Below are positions 9,304 to 17,877 of a DNA stretch of 64,000 nucleotides, one piece after another. A program made the position numbers and the translations under genes. The notes beneath the pieces are model-generated. The model searched no databases and was not told the DNA's origin. It saw nothing but the letters and a program-made list of their open reading frames with translations. Numbering within the stretch: the first letter of the stretch is position 1; each line of letters opens with the position of its first letter. The DNA is from Alphaproteobacteria bacterium (lineage in GTDB: Bacteria; Pseudomonadota; Alphaproteobacteria; CALMVH01). The DNA is taken from NCBI GenBank assembly GCA_965199265.1, contig CBDAQV010000001.1, positions 86,739-150,738 on the forward strand, written 5' to 3'.

Positions 9304-9669
9304 ATGGAGAACATCATGACACTCAGACTTGCGGCCATCGGCTTTCTGACAGCAGCGTCCCTGGCCGTGGCGCCGGTCACGCCCGCGTCCGCGCACGGGT
9401 TCCGGCACCACGGGTTTCCAATAATTGGCGGCCTGTTCGCGGCGGGCGCCGTGGTCGGCGCTGCCGCCGTTGCGGTTGCGACCGCCCCGGTGCGGATCAT
9501 CGCCAACGCGGCGGCGCCCACCTATTACGTCCCTCCCGCAGCCTATGCTTACCCGCCCTACGGGTACCGCGGCGCGCCTGTCGCTTACGCTTACCCGCAG
9601 CCGGTCTACGCGTACCCGGCGCAGGCATACGCCTACGCCCAGCCCGTCTACGCCTACCCGCCGCAATAG
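9304..9669 (+). CDS. Small secreted or membrane protein with a glycine-zipper segment and a Tyr/Pro/Ala-rich repeat tail
   Basis: MTLRLAAIGFLTAASLAVAPVTPASA looks like a signal peptide. It is followed by GGLFAAGAVVGAAAVAVA and then PPAAYAYPPYGYRGAPVAYAYPQPVYAYPAQAYAYAQPVYAYPPQ. A 27-nt near-repeat lies at 9598-9624 and 9640-9666. The stop is 1 nt before the TetR TTG start. Confidence 0.6.
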   Translation: MENIMTLRLAAIGFLTAASLAVAPVTPASAHGFRHHGFPIIGGLFAAGAVVGAAAVAVATAPVRIIANAAAPTYYVPPAAYAYPPYGYRGAPVAYAYPQPVYAYPAQAYAYAQPVYAYPPQ

Positions 9670-9670
9670 C

Positions 9671-10345
9671 TTGACCCGTACCGACCCGCGGCCGGAAGCC
9701 GCACGAAGCGGCGGCCGGCCCTCGCGCGCCGATGCCGAGCAGATCGCCGGTCAGATCGTCGACGTCGCCCGCGACCTGTTCTTCACGCATGGCTACGGGG
9801 CCACCAGCGTCGAAACCATCGCCCGGCATGCCCGCATTTCGAAGCGGACCTTCTACCATCGTTTCAAGAACAAGGCGGCGGTTTTCAGCGCCGTCGTTCA
9901 CCGGCTGGTTCAGGGCATCAGCCCCGCCGACGTCGACGGACTGTTCGAGGGCCGCTCGATCGAGCAGATCCTGCATGTCCTGGCGACCGCGATCCTGCAA
10001 GCCTCGCTGGCGCCGCAAACGCTGTCCCTGCAGCGCCTGATCCTGTCCGAGGCAACGCGCTTCCCGGAACTCGCGCTGGTCATGAACGAGCAGGGCGCGC
10101 GCCAGGATGCGATCCGGCGGATCGCACGGCTTCTCGAGAGCGAAGGGCCGTCTGGGCGCATCGCCGTCCAGGACCCGTTCCTTGCCGCCGAGATGTTCCT
10201 GCAGATGGTGGTCGGCGTCCCGCAGCGCCGGGCTCTGGGGCTGGGCGCCGCGATGACGCAGGACGAGCTGAAATCCTGGGCGCGCCAGGCGGTGGATCTT
10301 TTCCTGCACGGCTGTGCGGCACGCTCGCGCGAGGGCGGGAGGTAA
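9671..10345 (+). CDS. TetR/AcrR-family transcriptional regulator
   Basis: GRPSRADAEQIAGQIVDVARDLFFTHGYGATSVETIARHARISKRTFYHRFKNKAAVF is a canonical TetR HTH. There is no in-frame ATG after the upstream gene, so a TTG start at 9671 is proposed, in frame with track ORF 9425..10345. Confidence 0.8.
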   Translation: MTRTDPRPEAARSGGRPSRADAEQIAGQIVDVARDLFFTHGYGATSVETIARHARISKRTFYHRFKNKAAVFSAVVHRLVQGISPADVDGLFEGRSIEQILHVLATAILQASLAPQTLSLQRLILSEATRFPELALVMNEQGARQDAIRRIARLLESEGPSGRIAVQDPFLAAEMFLQMVVGVPQRRALGLGAAMTQDELKSWARQAVDLFLHGCAARSREGGR

Positions 10346-10392
10346 CAGGGCTGCCGGCCTTCCGTCAGCCGCCTCGTTTCGCCCGCGCACCG

Positions 10393-12036
10393 TCAAACGG
10401 GCGCGGGCTGGTACGCCTCGGTAAGACGGTTTACAAAGCGCTCGCGGCCGATCAGCCGCAGGATCTCGAACAGTGGCGGTGTCCGGTCCTGGCCGGTCGC
10501 GGCGACGCGGGTCAGCATGAATACCGTCTTGTCCTTGACGCCATGCGACGCGGCAATGCCGCGCATGCCCGTTTCCCACGTTGCGTGATCGTCGGCCGGA
10601 TCGTAAAGCTGCGCCGACGCATGCAGCAGGGCAGGGATCTTGTCCGTCTCGGGGCAGATCTTCTCGAACAATGCCGACGCCGCTTTCCTGAAGGTCGCGT
10701 CGAAGAAATAGGGCGTGTTCAGCAGCATGTCGCCCAGTTTCTGGTTACGCTCAGGCTCAAGGGCGAACACACGGTCGGCGTAGGCGGTGTCCTTTTCGAT
10801 CTCGGCCAGCAACGCCGCAACGGTGGAAAGCTCCATCGTCGGCCCCTCCTCGCCGCTGACCACGTCGGGCAGGCGCCCGGCCGCGAGCAGGAAACGCAGG
10901 TAGCCGGTGACCAGCAGGCGCAAGTCGTCCGCCGACCGCTTTGTCGCGGGATCGGCGCCTGGGTGGCCGACATAGTGCCCGTTGATGAAATTCAGCAGCT
11001 TCATGTCCGCGACCGGGCCGGTACTGGGCAGATGCGACGGCTCGACCAGGCGGCTGAATTCCGACAGGTCGTAGATGTCCTTTTCTTCCGGGTGCGCCCA
11101 CATGACGCGCGTCAGGAAGTTGGTGATCCCGGCGGGAAGGTAGCCTTCGACCTTGAACCACTCGACGGATGTGTCGCCGTCGCGCTTGGACAGTTTCTTC
11201 CGGCTCTCGTTGCGCAGCAGCACGGTGTGCAGAAAATCGGGGGCCTTCCAGCCGAACGCCTCGTAGAGCAGCACGTGCTTGGGCGCGGACGGGATCCATT
11301 CCTCTCCGCGCACCACGGTGGTGACGCGCATGAAATGGTCATCGACCACGACGGCGAGATGGTAGGTCGGAAAGCCGTCCGACTTCATCAACACGCTGTC
11401 GTCTACGGCAGTGCTGTCGAAGTCGATCCGGCCGCGTACAAGGTCGGTGAAAGAAATCTTCCGGCGCTCGGGGACTTTCTGCCGAATCACGCTGGTCTCC
11501 CCGGCGGCAAGGCGCTGCGATACCTCGTGCGGGTCGAGGGTGCGGCAGTGCCAGTCGTAGCGCGTGGTCCGGTCCAGCCGCGCCTGCTCGTCGCGCAGGG
11601 CCTGAAGCCGTTCCGGGGTGCAGAAGCAGTGATAGGCATGGCCGGTGGCGGCCAGATGCCTGGCCGCGACCTGGTAAAGGTGCAGGCGCTCGCTCTGCAC
11701 GTAGGGACCGTAAGCACCGCCTATGCCCAGCGGCCCCTCGTCGGGCGGCGTGCCCAGCCACGTGTGCATGTCGACAAGCGCCTGGCCCATGCCTGGCACC
11801 AGGCGGGCGCGGTCGGTATCTTCCAGGCGCAGGATGAAGACGCCGCTGGTTTTCCTCGCCAGCGCCCAGTCGATCACCGGCTGCATCATGCTGCCGATGT
11901 GCGGGCTGCCGGTGGGGCTGGGGGCGAAGCGGACTACCAGCGCGCCGTCGGGCAACGGGCGCGACGGGTACAGGGTCTCGAAATCCCCCAGCGTCCTGCA
12001 GGCGGTGAACTGGTCGAGTGTCGGCGCGTCGGCCAT
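10393..12036 (-). CDS. gltX: Glutamate--tRNA ligase family protein (class I aaRS), somewhat long
   Basis: VVRFAPSPTGSPHIGS is HIGH-like. ILRLEDTDRAR and GPYVQSERLHLY follow, and KLSKRDG is KMSKS-like. The start is chosen at MADAPTLDQF (12036). Confidence 0.85.
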   Translation of the reverse strand: MADAPTLDQFTACRTLGDFETLYPSRPLPDGALVVRFAPSPTGSPHIGSMMQPVIDWALARKTSGVFILRLEDTDRARLVPGMGQALVDMHTWLGTPPDEGPLGIGGAYGPYVQSERLHLYQVAARHLAATGHAYHCFCTPERLQALRDEQARLDRTTRYDWHCRTLDPHEVSQRLAAGETSVIRQKVPERRKISFTDLVRGRIDFDSTAVDDSVLMKSDGFPTYHLAVVVDDHFMRVTTVVRGEEWIPSAPKHVLLYEAFGWKAPDFLHTVLLRNESRKKLSKRDGDTSVEWFKVEGYLPAGITNFLTRVMWAHPEEKDIYDLSEFSRLVEPSHLPSTGPVADMKLLNFINGHYVGHPGADPATKRSADDLRLLVTGYLRFLLAAGRLPDVVSGEEGPTMELSTVAALLAEIEKDTAYADRVFALEPERNQKLGDMLLNTPYFFDATFRKAASALFEKICPETDKIPALLHASAQLYDPADDHATWETGMRGIAASHGVKDKTVFMLTRVAATGQDRTPPLFEILRLIGRERFVNRLTEAYQPAPV

Positions 12037-12132
12037 CGTGCGGAACCTGGTTGTCGTGCGTGTGACGGTAGGGCGCGAACTTAACCCACGATCCGGGGCC
12101 AACGCAATGTCGCCCGGGCAAGGCGCGAGTTA

Positions 12133-13026
12133 CTAAGGCGACCCGTCGGGCAATGCGCCGCGCGGCGGGCGGGGCGCGGCGGCGGCCAGCGACGTGTTGG
12201 CTGTTGCGCCAGGGACAGGCACGTAACCGGCTTCGATCTGCGCATGGCGTGGGACGATGCGGTACAGAGTGTCGATTCCCTGCCGGGCATCGATTTCGCC
12301 GATTTTGTAAGCGTTGGTCTTCTTGTCGAGGCCGGTGTGGTAAATTACCCGCATCAGGTGCGTGAACCCTTCCTTCTCCTCATCCTGGTCGCACTCGACC
12401 GCGACGTTGTCGCCGGTTTCGTCCGTCACGCTGGTAAAGGTGAAGTCGCCGTTACCATGCCGTTCGAAGGTCTTGAAGCTTCCCAGTTTGCGCCGTTCGC
12501 CCGCAAATTCCTTCGGCGCTCCGGCGTGGTGCAGCAGGCTGTCATGCTTGGTGCGGCGGTACAGCAGGGGGCTTTCCTCGACCAGACCTGGGAGCGTCCG
12601 GTCGGCGATGACGAAAATGCGATCCTTCCTGTCGCGCCAGATCCGCTTGACATGCGACAGGAACGTGGAGCCGTCGGGCAGTTCGATCTGCCGCATCTTC
12701 TCGAACAGGTTCAAGACGGTCGCGCGGCGCTGCGCGTCCATTTTCCGGTAGAACGCTTCGCCGCTTTGCCCCTGATGGCCTTCGATGTCGTTGCTGGAGG
12801 AAAGAATGGCTTTTTCCTGCTCCGGCAAGCAGTCGAGCGCAGGAAAAAGGATGTCGCGCTTGGGCGGAGTATGGCCTTGACCCCTGAACCAAGTGACGAT
12901 CTTGTTGCCGGCCTGGGGCGGCGCGAAAGCCTCCATTGGAACCGCCTGCGCGGCCGCGGAAGAACCGAGCGCAACAAAAAGGGCGGACACGCAAGATGCC
13001 CGCGAAACAATATTCGGCAAGTCCAC
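12133..13026 (-). CDS. Hypothetical secreted protein
   Basis: The N-terminus SRASCVSALFVALGSSAAAQA is signal-peptide-like. The composition is balanced and rich in charged residues, unlike the arginine-rich antisense ORFs. No motif was recognised. Confidence 0.6.
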   Translation of the reverse strand: MDLPNIVSRASCVSALFVALGSSAAAQAVPMEAFAPPQAGNKIVTWFRGQGHTPPKRDILFPALDCLPEQEKAILSSSNDIEGHQGQSGEAFYRKMDAQRRATVLNLFEKMRQIELPDGSTFLSHVKRIWRDRKDRIFVIADRTLPGLVEESPLLYRRTKHDSLLHHAGAPKEFAGERRKLGSFKTFERHGNGDFTFTSVTDETGDNVAVECDQDEEKEGFTHLMRVIYHTGLDKKTNAYKIGEIDARQGIDTLYRIVPRHAQIEAGYVPVPGATANTSLAAAAPRPPRGALPDGSP

Positions 13027-13238
13027 GATTCAGCCTTCCGCGAATGCAGAAGTTACTTTCTTCCGATGCTTACTCCTCCGCCCGTCCGTAATCAACGTAA
13101 TTACTCGATCACACGGGCTTCGGCCAAAGTGTCGACGCGGCTCGCCAGCAACACGGACCGTGCCGCTCGAAAGGCCCCCGCAAGCTTGCCACAAAATGGC
13201 CTCGTGATCTTTGCGCCCGGACGGGCTAGACACCCTCG

Positions 13239-14941
13239 ATGAAGTTCCGTCCTGCTTTTGCTTGTTTCTTGCCCGGCGTCGCCGCGGTGCTGCTCGCCCT
13301 TTCCCCGGCATCCTCGCAGCCTGCCAACAACGTGCAGTTCCCAGGTAAGGATGGCGCGAAGGGCAGCAAGGCTGCGTCCGCCAAGCCGCCCGCCAACACC
13401 TCGATGGTCGACGAGGAGCGGTTTGCTGCCCTACCTCGAACAGGTCATGGCGTGGCAGCGCGAGGCAGTGGCGGTCGAGGTGACTCCGGGCAGCGCGCGC
13501 GAGTCCCTTTTGAAGGACGCGCTGTCGCAAAGCTCGACCAAGGTCCTCAATTTCAGTTTCCAGTTCGCGCGTACCCAGGCCGACGCGATCGACCGGCATT
13601 CGGCTACGGGGACCCCTTCGGATCAGGAAGCCGACCGCGCCCATCTGCAAACGGCGCAGGAAAAGGTCGCCGGCCGCATCGCCGACTTGCAGGCTCAGGT
13701 CGCGGCAGCGACCGAAGGGTTGCGCACCGCCCCGGCCAAGCAACGCGCCGACCTGAAGGCACATCTTTCCGACTTGCAGGGACAGCTCAAGTTCGCCTCG
13801 GCGCAGCAGGACTTGGTGAACAACGTCCTCGGCGTGTTCAACGGACTTGAAACCAGCACGAACACGGGCCTGCTCGGCAAGGTCAACACGCTTGCCGACT
13901 CCGCGCTTGCCCCTGAAAAGCCGAGCCTGGCAACGACGAAAACCACCACAACGGTCGTCGACAAGAACGGGGTTCCCACCACCCCCTCGGCCGGCCTGCT
14001 CGACGAGACAAGCGACCTCTTCAAGCTATGGCGCGAGCTGCGCGATATCGAGGCCCTGTCGGCGTCCGCCATCGATCTGCGCAGGGTCAACAAGGAGTTC
14101 CTTGACGCATTGCGCGGCGGCCTGCGCGATACGATCAAGCAAGGCACGGCGCTCAGCGCGGCTTCCTCGCCGACCCCGGCCGTTCCACCCGCGCCGGCCT
14201 CCACGGCAAAAGCGCCCGCGACGCCGGTAGCCGGTACCTCGACTCCCGCAGATGAAAAGACAACCGCCCAAAAGATAGCCGCGGATGCTCTCAAGGAGAA
14301 GCCGCAGACGCTGGACGACGTGCTTGCGACGTTCAAGGAGCTTTCAACCGGCATCGTCCCGGTCACCCAGACAAATGTATGGCTGGACAGCAGTGTCCGT
14401 ACGCTTGAGGAATGGCGGGTTACGATCAGAAGCGAGGTCGAAGTCCTGGCGCGGCGGATCGCCATGCGGCCTGGCCTTTCTTTCGCTCCTGGTCCTGATC
14501 CCGATCGCTGTTTCCGAAATAGCGCGCCTGGCCACGAACCGCTACGTTCGCGACGACAAGCGCCTGAAACAGCTACGCGCGGTCCGCAGGACGCTGCTGA
14601 CGATCACCATACTCGTGATCGTCGTGCTCAGCCTTGTCAGCGAGGTGGGATCGATCGCCACTTTCGCGGGCGTGATCACCGCCGGCCTTGCCGTTGCGTT
14701 CCAGAACGTGCTGCTGTCACTGGTGGCGCACTTCTTTTTCTACGGCCGCTACGCAGTGCGCGCCGGGGATCGCGTATCCGTTCAAGGCGTTATCGGCGAT
14801 GTGGTGGAAGTCGGCGCGGTGCGCTTCTACATCCGTGAGCTGGTTGAGGACGCCGAGCACAAACTGGAGGCGACAGGCAGGATCGCCGCGTTCCCCAACT
14901 CGATCCTGTTTCAGGTCTCGGCATTTTTCAAATACGTTTGA
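13239..14941 (+). pseudogene. MscS/MscK-like mechanosensitive channel with a long coiled-coil periplasmic domain, read through two +1 frame shifts
   Basis: Frame 0 holds a signal peptide (MKFRPAFACFLPGVAAVLLALSPASS). Frame 1 holds a Q/A/L-rich coiled-coil region. Frame 2 holds TM helices plus GDRVSVQGVIGDVVEVGAVRFYIRELV...AAFPNSILF, the MscS beta-domain motif. The shifts are at TTT 13422-13424 and near 14455-14475. Total length minus 2 nt is divisible by 3. Confidence 0.65.
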
Positions 14942-15002
14942 CAGGCCGGCGAGCGGAGACTCCACGGCTGCTTGGATTGAGTTCCTCTGGAGCCCCGCGC
15001 GG

Positions 15003-15449
15003 TCACGCTGCCTTCAGGCTATCCGGAACCTTGCCGCCATTTTCCGCGAGCTTTGCGATTACCTGGGCATGCAGCCACACGTTCATGGACGCTGAGTCCG
15101 CGGTGTTGCCCGTATAATCCAGCTCCTTCGCCAGCTGCTTTCGTGCTTCCAGGCTGCTATCCAGGTCCAGAAGCTTGAGCAGGTCGACAATCGACGTCTG
15201 CCAGTTCAGAGTTTCGTTCTTCTTCGCGGCAAGGCCGGTCAGCACTGAATGCACGTCGACCTGCGCCAGCGGCGCGTCGGCAGGTATGGCCCCGGATGCG
15301 GCGGTTTGCTGCTGAGGTTGGGATTGCGGGGCGGGGCCGCCGCCCGGCGAAACGTTCGCGCCAATTGCCGCCGAAGCCGCCGGAACTTGCGTGGTGATCT
15401 GATTTGCTGCGTGGAATATCTTGGATATGATCGATCCGAGAATGCTCAT
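15003..15449 (-). CDS. DUF3597-family protein
   Basis: MSILGSIISKIF...VDVHSVLTGLAAKKNETLNWQTSIVDLLKLLDLDSSLEARKQLAKELDYTGNTADSASMNVWLHAQVIAKLAENGGKVP matches the DUF3597 pattern as I remember it. Confidence 0.8.
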   Translation of the reverse strand: MSILGSIISKIFHAANQITTQVPAASAAIGANVSPGGGPAPQSQPQQQTAASGAIPADAPLAQVDVHSVLTGLAAKKNETLNWQTSIVDLLKLLDLDSSLEARKQLAKELDYTGNTADSASMNVWLHAQVIAKLAENGGKVPDSLKAA

Positions 15450-15492
15450 GTGCGCTGTCTCCATTGACGAAAGTGTTGAGGGACGAAAGTGT

Positions 15493-15993
15493 TCAGGCCT
15501 GGAGCGCTTGAGGCGCTTCCATGTCGGCGGGGCTGGGAAGCTCGCCGCGGGGCGTCAGCTTGTCGACAAGCCCCGGCAATACATGCGCGAGCTCGGACAA
15601 AAGCGTTTGTGGCTGCATGCCGCTTTGGCTTGCCAGGTTCTGGATCTGTTCATCCCCCAACACGCCATGAAGCTGCTGCGGCGTAATGGGCTGGTTGGGA
15701 CCTGAGCCTACCCAGGATTGCGCGACCTGCCCAAGCCCCGCCTGCTCGAAGCGGCCGAGCAGTCCCGACAAGGGGCTGTTCCCCGAGCCGCCCAGGCCTC
15801 CTGCAAGGCTGCCGAGGACACCACCCGATTGCCCGCCGGCGCTTTGGCTGGCAAGAAGCGTCATCAGCACGGGCACCAATGCGGACGACATACCTCCGCC
15901 TGAACTGAAGAGGGATTGACCGGGCTGCTGTGCCGTCCCCTGCGCCGGGTTCTGGCCGGCAAATCCGCCAAGAAGTTCTCCTAACAATCCCAT
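15493..15993 (-). CDS. YidB/DUF937-family protein
   Basis: MGLLGELLGGFAG...GGLGGSGNSPLSGLLGRFEQAGLGQVAQSWVGSGPNQPITPQQLHGVLGDEQIQNLASQSGM...LPGLVDKLTPRGELP. The start is at the internal ATG 15993. Confidence 0.8.
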   Translation of the reverse strand: MGLLGELLGGFAGQNPAQGTAQQPGQSLFSSGGGMSSALVPVLMTLLASQSAGGQSGGVLGSLAGGLGGSGNSPLSGLLGRFEQAGLGQVAQSWVGSGPNQPITPQQLHGVLGDEQIQNLASQSGMQPQTLLSELAHVLPGLVDKLTPRGELPSPADMEAPQALQA

Positions 15994-16029
15994 GGCCTGA
16001 TCCTCGGCGCCGAGATGGCGCTCGATGAG

Positions 16030-16054
16030 AACTCCGTGAGTTTGCGTTCGTTCC
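16030..16054 (-). promoter_or_regulatory. EcfG-type (general stress sigma) promoter candidate for the yidB-like/DUF3597 operon
   Basis: Minus-sense GGAAC-gaacgcaaactcacgg-AGTT. The -35 is at 16054-16050 and the GTT at 16032-16030, 37 nt before the ATG at 15993. The architecture is the same as the candidate at 58024. Confidence 0.45.
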
Positions 16055-16154
16055 CACTCCGCTTCGTGAGGCGAAAATGACGCAATGGCGGCAGGATCGT
16101 GCGCCGTTGAATGCCGCAACCGCCATCTGTGCATAAAGCTGTGGACTGAATAAG

Positions 16155-16175
16155 CCTTCAATTCTATATTGAAGG
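16155..16175. promoter_or_regulatory. Perfect 8-bp inverted repeat CCTTCAAT-N5-ATTGAAGG in the divergent yidB-like / apaG intergenic region
   Basis: Read directly from the sequence. It sits in an AT-rich context between two divergent promoter regions. Confidence 0.3.
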
Positions 16176-16254
16176 TTCAACAGAACTGGCCGACACAATG
16201 CAGAAGAACAAAACGGGCGCGAGCGACAGACACAAGGCCGGCGGCTCGTACAGA

Positions 16255-16638
16255 ATGACGACGCGGCTGATCGACGTTACCGTGGAGCCCGTCTACCTGG
16301 AGGACCAATCGTCCCCAACGGAAAATCACTATGTATGGGCCTATCACATTCGCATCACCAACGAGGGCGACCAAAAGGTTCAGCTGATGAACCGTCACTG
16401 GGAAATCACCGATGCGATGGGCCGCCGTCAGGAGGTCAAGGGGGCGGGCGTCGTCGGCAAGCAGCCCGTTCTCGAGCCAGGCGAAAGCTTCGAGTACACC
16501 AGCGGCACGCCGTTATCTACGCCGTCGGGGATCATGGTCGGCGAGTATCAGATGGAGGGCGCGACCGGCGAGCAGTTCACGGTAAGGATCCCTGCGTTTT
16601 CCCTCGATAGCCCGCACCAGCCGGTCCGGCTGCACTGA
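16255..16638 (+). CDS. apaG: ApaG (DUF525) protein
   Basis: [84 protein letters not shown] is the typical ApaG pattern. Confidence 0.9.
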   Translation: MTTRLIDVTVEPVYLEDQSSPTENHYVWAYHIRITNEGDQKVQLMNRHWEITDAMGRRQEVKGAGVVGKQPVLEPGESFEYTSGTPLSTPSGIMVGEYQMEGATGEQFTVRIPAFSLDSPHQPVRLH

Positions 16639-16648
16639 CGCCTTACCC

Positions 16649-17245
16649 GTGCCCTGCTTGCGGTCCGCACTGATCGTCCTGTTCACCGCGGCGTTTTGCG
16701 GATGTCTGATGTTCGATCCGGTGCAAGCTGAAGAGGGTCCCGCTAACTCCTTCGATCCGATACCGCAGGCTCCTGTCGTGCCTGTTCCACCGCCGGCCGC
16801 CGCGCCCGATGCGCTACCCTCGTCGCAGGCCCTCACACCGGCCGATATCAGCCATCTCATGCAGATGATGTCCCAGATCCCGCCTCAGGGACCGCCGCCC
16901 GCCGCAGAAGCGGAGCAACAAAAAGCCTCTCCCGCCGGTCCCCCTCCAGCGCCTGGAACGGTGCCCGACCTTGCGGCGAACTGCAACGCAGGGCTGCTCA
17001 CATACCAGTCGGCGAACCCTGACGTTCATGTCGGGCAATGCTCCGGGTTCATCGACGCTGTCATGCAGGACCTGCAGCTGCGCCGAAAGCAAGGCGACAA
17101 GCTGGGCATCTGTATCACCGGTCATGTCAGCGAGCTGGACATCATAAAGATATTCGCCGCGTGGGCGGGCCGGCACCCCGAACCTATCATGGCGCTCGAT
17201 GGCGTGCATGCGGCGCTGAAGGAAGCATACCCTTGCGGAAAATGA
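16649..17245 (+). CDS. Secreted protein: signal peptide + Pro-rich linker + C-terminal Cys-framed domain resembling Rap1a/Tai4-type immunity proteins
   Basis: The C-terminus CNAGLLTYQS..VGQCSGFIDAVMQDL..GICITGHVSELDIIKIFAAWAGRHPEPIMALDGVHAALKEAYPC fits my remembered Rap1a pattern (C..C.GYI.GV.D...C.P..VT..Q...V..YL..HPE......V..AL...FPC). The start is GTG. Confidence 0.55.
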   Translation: MPCLRSALIVLFTAAFCGCLMFDPVQAEEGPANSFDPIPQAPVVPVPPPAAAPDALPSSQALTPADISHLMQMMSQIPPQGPPPAAEAEQQKASPAGPPPAPGTVPDLAANCNAGLLTYQSANPDVHVGQCSGFIDAVMQDLQLRRKQGDKLGICITGHVSELDIIKIFAAWAGRHPEPIMALDGVHAALKEAYPCGK

Positions 17246-17301
17246 CGGTGCCGCCGGATCCTGACCGGTACGGAGCACTCGGGTAGACTGCGCCTGATGG
17301 G

Positions 17302-17856
17302 CTATTGCCCCATCCCGGGTACGGCGAAATGCCCGAGGTTGGCCGCGATCGCGCTCTCTGCGCCCTTGTCAAAATCGGCCATCATCTGGCGCGTCAGGTC
17401 GTCCCAGATGCGTTCCTTCTCAGCGAGGTCCTTGTCCTTGTCGGTCGTCACCTGGCGCGAGACGGTGATTTCGGCGATCGCGCTGTGCTGCCCGTCGCCA
17501 CTGTCCGCGTCCAGTTCGACGTCCAGCCTGCCATCGTACTCGACGCGTCCGATCAGGCTTTTCTGCACGATGCTGGCGTCCTTGATGCCAACGCGCAGGT
17601 AACCGCTGCTCCCTACCGCCTTTACCCGCTCGTCAGCCCACAGCCGGACGGCGCGGTACGGCGGAGTTGGCGCGGCATGCTCCACATGCGGAAGCTCCTT
17701 GGGCGGCACGTACTCGTCCACAACCTGAACATTCCCCACGTAGAGCCGGAGCGCAGGCTCGCCGGCGAAATCCATCGGCGGCACGAACGGAACGTCTTCG
17801 TCGCTGCCGCAGGCGGCGACAAGGAGCAGCGGCAGGAAAATAAAAACCAGTTTCAT
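17302..17856 (-). CDS. Hypothetical lipoprotein
   Basis: MKLVFIFLPLLLVAACGSDED carries an L-V-A-A-C lipobox. No other motif was recognised. Confidence 0.7.
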   Translation of the reverse strand: MKLVFIFLPLLLVAACGSDEDVPFVPPMDFAGEPALRLYVGNVQVVDEYVPPKELPHVEHAAPTPPYRAVRLWADERVKAVGSSGYLRVGIKDASIVQKSLIGRVEYDGRLDVELDADSGDGQHSAIAEITVSRQVTTDKDKDLAEKERIWDDLTRQMMADFDKGAESAIAANLGHFAVPGMGQ

Positions 17857-17877
17857 CGTTAGTCCATCGTCCGGTCG

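Noticed and set aside
9425-9670. N-terminal 82-codon extension of the TetR ORF (track ORF 9425..10345)
   Set aside because: It overlaps the small repeat-protein gene in another frame and translates to Arg/Pro/Thr-rich sequence. The TetR homology only starts after 9671.
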